DNA of 64,000 bases, taken from Gemmatimonadota bacterium (GTDB taxonomy: Bacteria > Gemmatimonadota > Gemmatimonadetes > Palauibacterales > Palauibacteraceae). Each line of letters begins with the position of its first letter. Position 1 is the stretch's first letter. Positions 48,370-57,299 of this stretch are shown in pieces. The notes beneath the pieces were generated by a model. It did not search any database and had not been told where the DNA came from. It worked only from the letters and a program-made list of their open reading frames with translations. The DNA is taken from assembly GCA_965116475.1 (NCBI GenBank), contig OZ220691.1, forward strand, positions 288,001-352,000, in the 5' to 3' direction. A program made the translations under genes and the position numbers.

Positions 48370-49674
48370 ATGCGTACGTCCCGAACTCTGTTTGCCCTCT
48401 CGTGGCTCGCGGCAACGCTGGTCACTCCGCTGGCGGGGCAGGATCCCGCGGTGGACGCGGCGGTCGACCGCGTGATCGACCGCATCGTGGAGATGCGCCA
48501 TCAGATCCACCAGTTCCCGGAGCTCGGCAACCGCGAGTTCGAGACCGCCGCCATGGTCGCGGCCCATCTGCGTGAACTGGGCTTCGACGAGGTCATCGAG
48601 GGGGTCGCGCACACCGGGGTCATCGGGATCCTGAAGGGGGGCCTCCCCGGCGATGTGGTCGCGGTGCGGGCGGACATGGACGCGCTCCCCGTCACCGAGA
48701 ACACGGGGTATTCCTTCGCCTCCACGGTCCGCACCGAGTACAGCGGCCAGGAAGTCGGCGTCTCGCACGCCTGCGGCCACGACGTGCACACCGCCGTGCA
48801 ACTCGGCGTGGCCTCGGTCCTCGCGTCGATGCGCGATGAGATCCCGGGCACGATCAAGTTCATCTTCCAGCCCGCGGAGGAGGGCCCACCCCCCGGCGAG
48901 GAAGGCGGGGCGGATCTCATGGTCCGCGAAGGTGCACTGGAAGGCGTCGTCCCCTCCGCCATCTTCGGGCTTCACACCTTTTCCTCGATGGATGTGGGGA
49001 AGCTGGGCTACACACCCGGCCCCGCCTTCGCGGCCGTCGACCACTTCAAGATCCGGGTCATCGGCCGGCAGGCGCACGGCGCGCAGCCGCAGACGAGCAT
49101 CGACCCGGTCGTGATGGCCTCGCAGGCCGTGACCGCCTTCCAGACGATCCGGTCGCGCAACCTCTCGCCACTCGAGCCCAGCGTGATCACCGTCGGCGTC
49201 ATGCGGGGGGGTGAGCGCTTCAACATCATCCCGATGGAGATGTGGCTCGAGGGCACGGTCCGGACGTACAACCCCGACGTGCGGGACGCGGTCGAACGGC
49301 GCATGGACGAGATCCTCGACGGCATCACGACGGCCGGCGGCGGCAGCTACGTCCTCGACTACGACCGGGGCACGCCCGCGACGATCAACGACCGCGACCT
49401 CACCGCGGAGATGGCGCCGACGCTCGCGAAGATCGTCGGCGAGGAGAATGTCCTCGTGATCGATCCCACGATGGGCGGCGAGGATTTTGCCTACTTCGCG
49501 AACGAGGTGCCGGGGTTCTACTATCGGCTGGGTTCGGTGAACCCGGAACTGGGCTCGGGAGGGCACCATACGCCCGACTTTCGGGCGGATGACGCCTCGA
49601 TCCCGATCGGCATGCGGGCGATGTCGAACCTGCTCCTCGACTACCTGAAGTCGCGGCGCCCCTCGACCGACTGA
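48370..49674 (+). CDS. Exported M20D-family amidohydrolase
   Basis: Signal peptide; H..PEL...EFET, RADMDALP, HACGHD.H, FQPAEEG, GEDF, HH.P.F. Confidence 0.92.
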   Translation: MRTSRTLFALSWLAATLVTPLAGQDPAVDAAVDRVIDRIVEMRHQIHQFPELGNREFETAAMVAAHLRELGFDEVIEGVAHTGVIGILKGGLPGDVVAVRADMDALPVTENTGYSFASTVRTEYSGQEVGVSHACGHDVHTAVQLGVASVLASMRDEIPGTIKFIFQPAEEGPPPGEEGGADLMVREGALEGVVPSAIFGLHTFSSMDVGKLGYTPGPAFAAVDHFKIRVIGRQAHGAQPQTSIDPVVMASQAVTAFQTIRSRNLSPLEPSVITVGVMRGGERFNIIPMEMWLEGTVRTYNPDVRDAVERRMDEILDGITTAGGGSYVLDYDRGTPATINDRDLTAEMAPTLAKIVGEENVLVIDPTMGGEDFAYFANEVPGFYYRLGSVNPELGSGGHHTPDFRADDASIPIGMRAMSNLLLDYLKSRRPSTD

Positions 49675-49714
49675 CGTTCGCGGTCGCGGGAGGCCGGGCG
49701 CGGCGGGCGGCCAG

Positions 49715-49897
49715 CAGCCCGTGGCAAAACCCGGCGTCAGCGCCGAGAGCGGTGAAGCGCTCGCCGGGGGCCCCTCTGGGGAGAGGAGCGACGAGGGAGC
49801 ATAGCCAAAGCTACGTGACCGAGGAGCGACGCAGAGCGCAGCGTTTCAGGGGAGATGCAGCGCCGCTTGAACGCAGCCGGGCTTTTGCCGCGGGCTG
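49715..49897. mobile_element. 183-bp MITE-like non-autonomous element with about 21-bp imperfect terminal inverted repeats
   Basis: Left end cagcccgtggcaaaacccggc; right end gccgggcttttgccgcgggctg; flanked by CCAG and CTAG; lies between convergent genes. Confidence 0.75.
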
Positions 49898-51643
49898 CTA
49901 GGGTTCGACGAATACGTCGCGCCACGCGAGGCGCGTCAGGAGTTCGAGTTCCACGCCCTCGTCAACGCCTCGCACTCTCAGCACGGCCGGCTCCCCGAGG
50001 GGGACGCCGCAAACCGCAAACCTGCCCCGCTCATCCGACTCCCCGCCGGCGTACTCGGACTGTTCGGACACGGCGACGGCTCGCGCCGTGCCCTGGAGCC
50101 GGCGCACGCGCCACACGACCTCGACCTCGATGTCCGGCACCGGGAGCCCCGTGTCGGCATCGCGCGCGAACCCGACCACGGCGCCCGCACTTCCGTAGGG
50201 CGACGAACCGGGACAGACGCGCGCGAACAGGGCGTCGCTGGACGGCGTCCACAGCTCCAGCGGATCGCTCGTTCCGTCTTCGACCACTACACGGGCCTCG
50301 TTGAGCCGCACTCCCGCCGCCTGGAGTTTCGGGTGGTCCACGCCCAGCGCGTAGACGCCATCCGGCAGCCCCGCCACCTGGAAGCCGCCCGCCTCGTCCG
50401 TGACCGCGCTGAACGGGACGTCGGCCGCCCTCGGCCGGGGCAGGAAGGCCGCGGCGTCATTCCAGTCGCGGACGACGATTTCCGCGCCCGCGAGCGGCCC
50501 GCCGCTCACGCTGTCCCGCAGCACGCCCGTGACCGCGCCCTCGCCCACCTCGAAGGCGACGCCGCCCGCGAAGGCGTCCGTCACCGTGCCTCCCGCCTGG
50601 CGATAGGCGACGAGAACCGGATCCGGACGTGCGGACAGGCCCGCCCTGAAGCGTGTGCTGCGGCTCCCGATCGGGAACCGCACCCACCAGTCGCGGACGT
50701 AGAAGGGGCCGTCCGGCAGGCGGTCGAACGTGAGATCGGCGCCGATGTGCCGCCGTTGCGCGTTTCGCGGCATTGGGACGTTGCGGTACCGGATCTGCAC
50801 GCGGCGCAGTTCCGCGCTCTGCTCGTCGAGCCAGAGCGTGCCCTCGATGTCGATCACATCGCGCCGCCGTTGCGGGCGGAACGTGATGCCGAGCATCGGT
50901 TCGCCGTCGACCTCGGCGCGTTCCAGCCCGAAACACTGGGTGTCGCGGAACTCCGACGACAGCAGCACCGTCGCGTCCGGTGCGTAGTAGACAGCGGAGT
51001 CCGCGTTCACGACCGCGTAGCCGGAGGTCGTGAGCCGGCGGGCCGGCAGGCTCCGGAACGGAGGCAGTCGAACGTGCCGCCGCGTGCGGCTCTCCGCCTC
51101 CAGCGTCGTGAGATGGCGCGGATCGAGCGTGCGCTGGTATTCCCGGAGCGTGAACGTGAGTTCGCCCCGGCCCTCCGCCCACACCGCGGTCTCGAGCGCC
51201 TTGCGCGCCTCCTCCCAGACCGTGGCGAGGGCGGCCCCCTCGCTCGGATCGTCCAGGCAGGATCCGGTGACCTCGACGCGCAGGTCGCCGAGCCGGACGG
51301 GATCCGGCGGGACTTCCACCGCGATCGTGAGCGGCTGCCCGACCCTCACCTCGTAGGGCTCCGTGACCCAGTTGGCGTATCCGATACGCTCCACGCGGAT
51401 CCGATACCGGCCGGGGCCGGGCGCCCTGAACGAGAAGATCCCATCGGCCGCCGTGAAGTCGGCCTCCACGGCCTCGCCCGCGCTGTTCAGCAGGCTGACG
51501 AAACCGCCCCCGATGGGTCGGCCGCCATCGGTCTCGCGCACGGTGCCGCTGATTTGCTGCGCCGCCGCCGGCGGTGCGATCCCGGCCGAGAGGGCGGCCG
51601 AGAGCGCGGCCACCGCGAGGCCGGCGAGAAGGCGGCGACTCAT
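49898..51643 (-). CDS. Exported protein with multiple carboxypeptidase-regulatory-like domains
   Basis: Signal peptide; repeated G.VRD...G.P..G..V / TD..G.F....P.G.Y modules. Confidence 0.8.
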   Translation of the reverse strand: MSRRLLAGLAVAALSAALSAGIAPPAAAQQISGTVRETDGGRPIGGGFVSLLNSAGEAVEADFTAADGIFSFRAPGPGRYRIRVERIGYANWVTEPYEVRVGQPLTIAVEVPPDPVRLGDLRVEVTGSCLDDPSEGAALATVWEEARKALETAVWAEGRGELTFTLREYQRTLDPRHLTTLEAESRTRRHVRLPPFRSLPARRLTTSGYAVVNADSAVYYAPDATVLLSSEFRDTQCFGLERAEVDGEPMLGITFRPQRRRDVIDIEGTLWLDEQSAELRRVQIRYRNVPMPRNAQRRHIGADLTFDRLPDGPFYVRDWWVRFPIGSRSTRFRAGLSARPDPVLVAYRQAGGTVTDAFAGGVAFEVGEGAVTGVLRDSVSGGPLAGAEIVVRDWNDAAAFLPRPRAADVPFSAVTDEAGGFQVAGLPDGVYALGVDHPKLQAAGVRLNEARVVVEDGTSDPLELWTPSSDALFARVCPGSSPYGSAGAVVGFARDADTGLPVPDIEVEVVWRVRRLQGTARAVAVSEQSEYAGGESDERGRFAVCGVPLGEPAVLRVRGVDEGVELELLTRLAWRDVFVEP

Positions 51644-51650
51644 GGGCGCG

Positions 51651-53669
51651 TCAGTCGGCGAGGCGTAGCGCCATCAGCGTGTTGGGAGCCTGGATCACGA
51701 CGTGCTGCCTGCCTTCGTGCAGGTACGTCATCATCCCGTACCGCGGCTGGGCCGGAAGCTCGACCCGCCCGAGCCGCTCGCCCGTCGTCTTGTCCACCGC
51801 GAACAGGTACGAGGTCCCGTCGCTCCCCTCCCCCGTGTACATGAGCAGAGTGCTCGTGACGATCTGCGCCGCCTGCCGCCCCGTGCCCGTGTTCGGGATG
51901 TCCATGCCCTGGAGCGCGTCGTGCTCGAGCACGCTGTTCGGCGTATCGCCCACCGGAATCCACCACAGGTGCTCGCCCGTGTTCATGTCGATCGCCGTGA
52001 TCCGGCTGTACGGCGGCTTGAAGAGCGGCAGGCCCTGCACCCGCCGCACGCCGGCGAACCCGCCGACCGCGAACTTCGTGATCGTCGTGCCCGTCTGCGC
52101 GGGCTCCCGCGCGTCGCGCTCCTCCCCCGGCACCATGATCCGCGACCCGCACCCCTTCTGCGACGTCACGTACAGGATGCCCGTCTCCGGATCCGCCGCC
52201 GGCGTCCCGTCGATGTTCGTCCCCCCCACATCTCCCGGACACCACATCGAGGCCATCTTGCCGAGGTCGTTGTCCCGGTGCAGCGGCGGCGTGAACAGCG
52301 GTCCGATCACGTAGTCGTCGAGCGCCTCGATCGCGGCCTCCCGCAACTCCGGCGTGAAGTCGATCAGGTCGTCGTGCGTCAGCCCCTGCATGTCGTACGG
52401 CGCCGGCCAGGTGGGGAACGGCTGCGTCGGCGAGAGCGCCTCGCCCGGCATGAGTCCCTCGGGCACCGGCCGCTCCTCGATGGGCCAGATCGGCTCGCCC
52501 GTCTCCCGGTTGAACGCGTACGCGAAGGCCTGCTTCGTGACCTGAACGACCGCCGGAATGTCCTCGCCATCCACCGTCACATCCATCAGCACGGGGATCT
52601 GCGGCGTGTCGTAGTTCCATATGTCGTGGTGCACGAGCTGAAAGTGCCAAACCCGTTCTCCCGTCTGCACATCGAGCGCGATCAGGCTCGTCGAGAACAG
52701 GTTGTCGCCCGGCCGGAACCCGCCCCAGAAGTCCATCGTGGCCCCGTTGGTGGGGATGTAGACGATCCCCCGCTCCTCGTCCGCCGAGAGCGGCGCCCAC
52801 GAGGAGATGTCCCCGGTCCACTCCCAGGCATCGTTCTCCCACGTCTCGTGACCGAACTCGCCCGGCCCCGGGAGAACGTTGAACTTCCACATGAAGTCGC
52901 CCGTGCGGGCGTCGTAGCCGAGAATGTCGCCCGGCACGTTCTCGCGCCGCGACTGGTTGTAACCCTGCTCGGCGGAGTTCCCGACCACGATCACGCCGTT
53001 AACGACGATCGGGGGCGACGAACTCGTGATGTAGCCGGTCTCGAGGGGGATGCCATGGTACGGGTCGAACTCGTGCCCGAGTCCCGCGAGCAGGTCGACG
53101 ACCCCCGACTCCGGGAATCCCGGCACGCCCACGGGCCCGCCGAAACCCTCTACGTGCTCGCCCGTGTCGGCCCACAGCGCATGCAGGAAGAAGGCGGGAC
53201 TCACCATGTAGACGACCGCGCGGCCGTCGATCTCTCCGTACGCGACGCCCTTCCCGTGGTTCTTCCGCATCGAGTACTCCCAGCGGAAGGTCTCGGGCTC
53301 GACGTACTCCCAGGTCTTCTCCCCGGTGCCGGCGTCGATCGCGTAGGTGTGCCGCTTCTCGCCCGCCACGGAAATCAGCATCCCGTCCACGTAGATCGGC
53401 GTGGCGCGCGCGTTCACCGCCGGGTAGTCCGACCCGTCCCAGACCCACGCGACCTCGAGATCCTCGAACGTCTCCGCGTCGATCTGGCCGAGAGATGAAT
53501 AGCGCTGGCCCATGTCGTTGCCGGCGATGTTCTTCCACTCCGTGCCGTTCGGGGCGCTCCCGCCGCCTTCCGCGCAGCCCGCCACGGCGACGACAAGCGC
53601 GAGCAGAGGGGAGATGAGGCGGAGCCTTGGCGGCGGCGCATGGGATGATGTTGAGCGCGCTCTGCTCAT
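51651..53669 (-). CDS. PQQ-dependent (glucose/quinate-type) dehydrogenase-like lipoprotein
   Basis: Lipobox VAGC; RYS.L.QI, SSSPP, G.DARTG, GDNLFS.S..ALD..TG..VWHFQ.VHHDIWNYD, KPPY..ITAIDMNTG. Confidence 0.88.
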   Translation of the reverse strand: MSRARSTSSHAPPPRLRLISPLLALVVAVAGCAEGGGSAPNGTEWKNIAGNDMGQRYSSLGQIDAETFEDLEVAWVWDGSDYPAVNARATPIYVDGMLISVAGEKRHTYAIDAGTGEKTWEYVEPETFRWEYSMRKNHGKGVAYGEIDGRAVVYMVSPAFFLHALWADTGEHVEGFGGPVGVPGFPESGVVDLLAGLGHEFDPYHGIPLETGYITSSSPPIVVNGVIVVGNSAEQGYNQSRRENVPGDILGYDARTGDFMWKFNVLPGPGEFGHETWENDAWEWTGDISSWAPLSADEERGIVYIPTNGATMDFWGGFRPGDNLFSTSLIALDVQTGERVWHFQLVHHDIWNYDTPQIPVLMDVTVDGEDIPAVVQVTKQAFAYAFNRETGEPIWPIEERPVPEGLMPGEALSPTQPFPTWPAPYDMQGLTHDDLIDFTPELREAAIEALDDYVIGPLFTPPLHRDNDLGKMASMWCPGDVGGTNIDGTPAADPETGILYVTSQKGCGSRIMVPGEERDAREPAQTGTTITKFAVGGFAGVRRVQGLPLFKPPYSRITAIDMNTGEHLWWIPVGDTPNSVLEHDALQGMDIPNTGTGRQAAQIVTSTLLMYTGEGSDGTSYLFAVDKTTGERLGRVELPAQPRYGMMTYLHEGRQHVVIQAPNTLMALRLAD

Positions 53670-53684
53670 CGAAAACCTCTCAAT

Positions 53685-53728
53685 CGGAGTTGGATCAACG
53701 ACCGTCCGGAGTTGGATCAACGACCGTC
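53685..53728. repeat. Perfect 22-bp tandem duplication (CGGAGTTGGATCAACGACCGTC x2)
   Basis: Read directly; just upstream of the PQQ dehydrogenase RBS. Confidence 0.92.
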
Positions 53729-53800
53729 GACGCGGCCGGTGCGGGCGGCGGCACACGAGTGGTGAACCTGAGACGCACCTGATCCGGCGGTCAAGCGAGC

Positions 53801-53840
53801 AAGAGACAAGCCCTCCCCGGGCATCGCGCCGGGGAGGGCT
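53801..53840 (-). terminator. Probable intrinsic terminator after the TBDT/His-rich lipoprotein operon
   Basis: 12-bp perfect stem agccctccccgg/ccggggagggct with 8-nt loop, followed on minus strand by TGTCTCTT. Confidence 0.7.
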
Positions 53841-53877
53841 CGCGGTACTGCGGCAAACGGCCGAGTCCGATCAGCCG

Positions 53878-54363
53878 TTAGTGTTCGTGCACGTGCACGT
53901 GGAGGGGTGCGGTGACGAAGTCCGCGTGTCCCGACCCGACGGCGCCGTGCATGAGGCTGAAAGTGAGCTCGGTGTCGCCCTCCGCCACGCCGTGCAGGTG
54001 TCCCCCGAACTCACCCGGAGTATCCTGCTCGAACTCGGCGATGGATTCGTTCGCGACGTCCACCCGCAGATAGAAGTCATCGTCGAGCGTGACCGCGTGC
54101 CCGTCGTGGTCCACGAACTGCACGCCGATATGGGCGGTTTCCTCGCCCGGCTCGACTTCCAGTTCTCCGGTCCAGGCTCCATCGTCTCCATCATAGGAGG
54201 CGACGGTCTGGCCGCTCAGCGACAGGACCACGCCCTCGACTTCTCCGGCGTGATCATCGTGGTCGTCCCCGGGGTCCATGGGATCGTCGCCGCCGCAGGC
54301 GGAAAGGACCAGCAGTCCCGCGGTCGCCAGGGCGAGTGACAGTTTCGGCTGAAAGTGTCTCAT
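53878..54363 (-). CDS. His/Asp-rich putative metal-binding lipoprotein
   Basis: GAGGTG RBS before ATG 54363; lipobox LSAC; DDHDDH, DHDGH, GHLH, terminal HVHVHEH. Confidence 0.8.
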   Translation of the reverse strand: MRHFQPKLSLALATAGLLVLSACGGDDPMDPGDDHDDHAGEVEGVVLSLSGQTVASYDGDDGAWTGELEVEPGEETAHIGVQFVDHDGHAVTLDDDFYLRVDVANESIAEFEQDTPGEFGGHLHGVAEGDTELTFSLMHGAVGSGHADFVTAPLHVHVHEH

Positions 54364-54406
54364 TGTCTTCACCTCGTTGTGTTGATGTTCCGGTCGCCTC
54401 GTACCT

Positions 54407-56623
54407 CTAGAAGACGACGCGATAGGCCACGCTGATGGATCGCCCGGCTTCGGGCATGATCTCCTTCACGCGCGACAAGTGGTTTCTGTACACTGCATTG
54501 CCAAGGTTCTCTCCCCGCACGGTGATCACGTTCAGCCGCCCCATGACCGTGATCCGCAGTCCGGCGGAGAGATCGAACAAGGCATATCCATCGGTGGGGT
54601 CCTCGAAGGGCCCCGTCCGGTCCTGCCGAGCCGCAATCCGCGTTTCGGCTTCGACGAACCAGTCGCGAGGCGCGTAGCCGACGGCGAAGCGCGCCTGCAG
54701 CGGCGGGATGAGCGGAAGCGGTTCGTCCGTCGCTTCGATTCTGGCCTGGACGTACGAAGCGACGGCCTCCACGGTCAGATCCCCGACCGGCGCCCACTCG
54801 AGCGCGCCCTCGAATCCCGTGAGCACCGCGTCTTCTCCCTGGAACTGGAAGATCGGCAGCCGCACGCGGCTCAGCTCTCCCGTCTCGAGCGGGAAGACGT
54901 AGTCCTCGATGGCGTTGTGGAACCACGTCAGCTCGGCGTTCAGCCGGTCTCCCGCAAACCGGGCGAAGAGGTCGATCCCGATCCCGCGCTCCGTCTCGAG
55001 CGACGGGTTCCCCACCTCGAAGGCATAGGCCGCCAGGTGGGGACCTTCGGAGTAGAGCTCGTTGACGCTCGGAGTGCGAAAGGCCCGCGCGACGGAAGCG
55101 CCCACCGTGAAGCTCTGCGTGAGCTGTGCCAGGGCCCCCAGCGATCCCGATGCCGCACCGAACGACCTCTCGCGGATGTGGCCGATGTCGGATGAGGGAT
55201 CCTCCCGGTCGGGCCGCACGCGTACCCAGTCGTATCGGAGGCCCGCTTCCAGTCGTATCGGACTCAGGTCGACCTCTTCCAGCGCGAATACGGCGAAGGA
55301 CGTCTGCGTGGAGTTCGGCGTGAAGAGGCTGCCTCCGAATCCGAAGTCCTCCCAGGAAGCCCGCGTTCCCACGCCTCCCGAAGAGAACGGGCCCCACCCG
55401 CCGTGGCGGGCGAGGATGTCGCCGCTCACGGTCTGGCGCTCGAAGAGCGTGCCCAGGATGTCGGGGGGCTCGATCTCCTTGTGCTCGTACCACGTGTGTC
55501 CCGCATCGACCTCGATGCTCTCGACGACCCCTTGCGGCCGAATCACGCTGCGCAGCCGGGTCGCGGCCCGCTGCATCTCGACGCGAACCCCGGCCGCGTG
55601 CCCCCCGACGAACCCTCCGGGGATGCCGTAGTCGTTGCCGTAGTAGCGGAAGGTCGCGCCGGCGTGTCCCCAGTCGTCCACCCAGGACGTACCGCCGGAA
55701 ATCTCCCGAATATCCGTACTCGTATTCCCCAGGAGCCCGACCGGGGTCTCCAGGTCGCCGCTGCTGCGACCCGTGACCTCCAGCCGCACGGGGATGTGTT
55801 CGGTCAGGCCATACGTGAGATGCAGGCTTCCGCTCGCCGCGTTGCTGACGCTCTGTCCCTGAAGCGTCAACGCGCCCGTGAGGTGGTGCGGGACGGATGA
55901 GGGCACGTCATCGCGGACGACGTTGATGACGCCCCCCAGCGCGTTGCTTCCGTACAGAATCGCACCCGGCCCGCGGATCACCTCGACGCGACGCGCCGAC
56001 GACGGATCGATCGCCGTGGCGTGGTCGGGGCCGCTCGCAAACTCGTCGCCGATCCGTTCCCCGTCCTCGAGCAGCAGGATGCGGTCTCCGCTCAGCCCCC
56101 GGATCACGGGGTGCGCAGAGGCCGGCCCCATGCTGCTCACCGCGAGGCCAGGCTCGGAGGTCAGGGTTTCGGCCAGGGTTCCGGCCAGGCGACGCTGCAG
56201 ATCCTCCCCCGCGAAGACGCTGGTCGGACGCAGCACTTCGTTCGCCGCGCGGGCCACCACGGACCCCGTGACCACGAGATCCGGCAGGGAGATGGGATTG
56301 GCTTCCATCTCCACCACCACGATCTCCTCCCGGGACGCATCGACTTCCAGCGAGACCGTCCGGTAGCCCAGGCGTTCGACCCGCACCGTGTAGACGCGCG
56401 GCCCCGGCACCGGGACATGGAACGTCCCGTCGCCGTGCGAGACGGCCGTCCGACCCGCCGCGGCGATGGAGACCAGGGCGCTGGCGAGCGGCTCATCGGA
56501 GTCGGCATCGCGCACGATGCCCTCGATCTCGCCCGCGTGCTCCACCTGCGCGGACGAGCCGATGGCTCCGAGAGCCATTGCCAGTGCGGCCGTAATGAAA
56601 CCGGCCAGACGCCTTGTCGCCAT
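54407..56623 (-). CDS. TonB-dependent receptor, ZnuD-like (probable metal uptake)
   Basis: Signal peptide; DLVVTG TonB box; P.IRGL.G.R, GPDHA, VEVIRGP.AILYG..A.GGVIN; ELYSEGPH.A...FEVG; NHLS; terminal Phe. Confidence 0.9.
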   Translation of the reverse strand: MATRRLAGFITAALAMALGAIGSSAQVEHAGEIEGIVRDADSDEPLASALVSIAAAGRTAVSHGDGTFHVPVPGPRVYTVRVERLGYRTVSLEVDASREEIVVVEMEANPISLPDLVVTGSVVARAANEVLRPTSVFAGEDLQRRLAGTLAETLTSEPGLAVSSMGPASAHPVIRGLSGDRILLLEDGERIGDEFASGPDHATAIDPSSARRVEVIRGPGAILYGSNALGGVINVVRDDVPSSVPHHLTGALTLQGQSVSNAASGSLHLTYGLTEHIPVRLEVTGRSSGDLETPVGLLGNTSTDIREISGGTSWVDDWGHAGATFRYYGNDYGIPGGFVGGHAAGVRVEMQRAATRLRSVIRPQGVVESIEVDAGHTWYEHKEIEPPDILGTLFERQTVSGDILARHGGWGPFSSGGVGTRASWEDFGFGGSLFTPNSTQTSFAVFALEEVDLSPIRLEAGLRYDWVRVRPDREDPSSDIGHIRERSFGAASGSLGALAQLTQSFTVGASVARAFRTPSVNELYSEGPHLAAYAFEVGNPSLETERGIGIDLFARFAGDRLNAELTWFHNAIEDYVFPLETGELSRVRLPIFQFQGEDAVLTGFEGALEWAPVGDLTVEAVASYVQARIEATDEPLPLIPPLQARFAVGYAPRDWFVEAETRIAARQDRTGPFEDPTDGYALFDLSAGLRITVMGRLNVITVRGENLGNAVYRNHLSRVKEIMPEAGRSISVAYRVVF

Positions 56624-56779
56624 GGACAGCCTGCTTCGAAACGCGCCGGCGACCGCTCCTGCTCGAGGAAGGCCGGGCGCGTCGCTGAAACGCTTCAGCG
56701 GGTAACGTGTGTTCGGGAGACGTGTGATCCGCCTCCCGCGGGAGGTCGGGGGCTTCCGGGACAACGGCCCGGCAGCGGG

Positions 56780-57136
56780 TCAGGCTGGAGGAGGGGCTCT
56801 GGGACCGCTCCCGCCGGGCGGGATCGGGCGGCGTTGCCAGACGTTCGCGGTCGGGGTGTCGAGGCTGGTTTCGGCTACCGGCGACAGCTCGATCGGAATC
56901 AGGGGCGGGAACCCCACCGACACCGTGCGAGCCAGTTGGCACAGCAGGTGGCTGTGCCCGGGGTCTCCGTGCTCGCCGGGTTCCCCTTCGACGTGCACGA
57001 CGGCGTTCGCTGCTCCGGCTTCCAGCACCGCATCCACCGCCGGCAGCAAGGCGAACGCCACTGCCTGCAGGAGAACGATGGCCAGAGTGCCGAACCGGCG
57101 AAGGTCCCGCAGCTGTCGAGGAGGAATGGGCTTCAC
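56780..57136 (-). CDS. DUF2946/CruR-like leader protein with HSHxxC motif and C-terminal RAPP arrest motif
   Basis: Basic N-terminus + hydrophobic segment, H-rich segment ending HSHLLC, Pro-rich linker, ends GPRAPPPA-stop; directly upstream of TBDT. Start uncertain (GTG 57136 or ATG 57193). Confidence 0.72.
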   Translation of the reverse strand: MKPIPPRQLRDLRRFGTLAIVLLQAVAFALLPAVDAVLEAGAANAVVHVEGEPGEHGDPGHSHLLCQLARTVSVGFPPLIPIELSPVAETSLDTPTANVWQRRPIPPGGSGPRAPPPA

Positions 57137-57299
57137 GGCTATGCCGCCAGAGGTATTCCGGGCGCCGCCACAGGGCACTCCAGATGAGCGCATCAAGCTG
57201 CGTTCGGGGGGATAACGAGTCAAGCTTGCCGCGCGTGGCTAAACGGAGAGACCTTACGGGAGAGCACCCGGCATTGAGACGGAATCTGATGGGGATCTG

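Noticed and set aside
56624-56764. TTG at 56764 as the receptor start, and other long N-terminal extensions in the ORF track
   Set aside because: The extension is low-complexity and would bury the signal peptide; downstream ATGs give normal signal peptides
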